Source: Podospora anserina
Taxonomy: Eukaryota
Direction of reading: 5' to 3'
Length of the DNA: 64,000 nt
Assembly: GCA_017654855.1 (NCBI GenBank)
Contig: CM030333.1
Span: forward strand, 3,224,001-3,288,000
Shown here: positions 63,159 to 64,000 of the stretch, one piece after another
How positions within the stretch are numbered: position 1 is the stretch's first letter
How the letters are laid out: the number at the start of each line of letters is the position of its first letter
Position numbers and translations under genes: made by a program
The notes under the pieces: generated by a model
Database searches by the model: none
The model's input: the letters and a program-made list of their open reading frames with translations, nothing else
What the model was told of the DNA's origin: nothing

Positions 63159-64000
63159 TCAAAACATAATCCACTCCACCTCCTGATTTCCCCCAATACA
63201 CTTGATCCAATTAAACGGCCCGCCCCTCTGCTGCTGCCCCGCCGTGCCCGGCCTCATCCTGTTGTACTCATCCTTGACTTGCACCCCCTCCCCAGCCCAG
63301 AGCCGCTCAAGCACTTCCAACGCGGCAAGGTTGTTCATGTACCCGCTCCGGTTCATAATCTCCCTGCACTTGGACCGGACAATATTCTGCTGCAGCTCAT
63401 TGACGCACTCGCTTCCCGCAACAAAAAGCGGCCAGAGCAGAAACTTCTCCGCGGAGGAACCCGCTTCGAGGCTGGTGGCGTAGTAGACCACCTGAGAAAC
63501 CAAGTTGCGGAAGTTGTTGTGGGTGGAGGGGGAGTGAGGGCTGGCAAGACGCTCGGTGTACAAGAGCGCGGCATACCGGAAGGCTTCGGAGAGGGAGTTG
63601 AGATCCCGGATCTGAGTCGCGGTCGGGGGTGGGGTGGTGCCATTGACACCAGCGCCAACTCCCATTCCTACTCCTGGGGATGTGGGAGAGGAAGAGAGGG
63701 ATGGAAGCGGGAGCGGCGGGCCGGTGAGCGAGGCCCGGACGCGGTTGGAGTCGAATTCCCAGGTTTGGAGGGCGATGCGGGCCTCTTTCCACTCGCGCCA
63801 GAAGGCGCTGCGGTGGTCATCGTAGGCGGAGGAGGGTGATTGCATCGAGTTGGCGCCGAGATGGTCATTGTCGTCGAGGGTGGAGCCAAACCCGTTGCCG
63901 TCGAAGCGGACGCTGCTGTTGATGGGGTGGGGAAGGCCGCCAAAGAGGCTGTGGTGGTGGTCGGGGCCGCTGAGGAGGGGAGATGACTTGAATGGCGCAC
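63159..64000 (-). CDS. Fungal C6-type transcription factor C-terminal domain (Fungal_trans_2-like), 5'-partial
   Basis: EAFRYAALLY, LLWPLFVAGSEC, GYMNNLAALEVLERLW; frame open to the window edge. Confidence 0.8.
   Translation of the reverse strand, partial: APFKSSPLLSGPDHHHSLFGGLPHPINSSVRFDGNGFGSTLDDNDHLGANSMQSPSSAYDDHRSAFWREWKEARIALQTWEFDSNRVRASLTGPPLPLPSLSSSPTSPGVGMGVGAGVNGTTPPPTATQIRDLNSLSEAFRYAALLYTERLASPHSPSTHNNFRNLVSQVVYYATSLEAGSSAEKFLLWPLFVAGSECVNELQQNIVRSKCREIMNRSGYMNNLAALEVLERLWAGEGVQVKDEYNRMRPGTAGQQQRGGPFNWIKCIGGNQEVEWIMF

Noticed and set aside
1-64000. CRISPR array, intact transposase/reverse transcriptase, Starship captain or Spok gene
   Set aside because: No repeat-spacer array and no DDE, RT, tyrosine-recombinase or Spok motifs recognised.

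Overview
Eukaryotic DNA from a filamentous ascomycete: short GT-AG introns with CTRAC branch sites, an intron-containing tRNA, and gene content and style suggesting Sordariales/Podospora-like (inference). About 1-30 kb is accessory-looking: Y/D/S-rich orphan genes, an IroE-like esterase, a multi-pass membrane protein, a degenerate AAA+ ATPase, tRNA-Met, a small secreted crystallin-like protein, a large E2, an L-amino acid oxidase with an internal stop, an ammonium transporter and a GPI protein with a broken signal peptide. About 31-64 kb is mostly core genes (cyclin H, two BAR proteins, Pth1, TDA3-like oxidoreductase, glutathione peroxidase, the gaaC/gaaA pair, a MARVEL protein, NOP16, a partial C6-type TF), interrupted by two decayed HeLo-like/NACHT NLR paralogues and a MITE-like element. 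The most intriguing signals are (1) an unassigned, highly structured ~310-nt non-coding locus at 30.3-30.7 kb with Pol III-like signals and snR30/U17-like motifs, and (2) two NLR relics both cut off just before the P-loop while keeping an open HeLo-like N-terminal frame. All family assignments are from recognised motifs, with no database searches; exon boundaries were read by eye.
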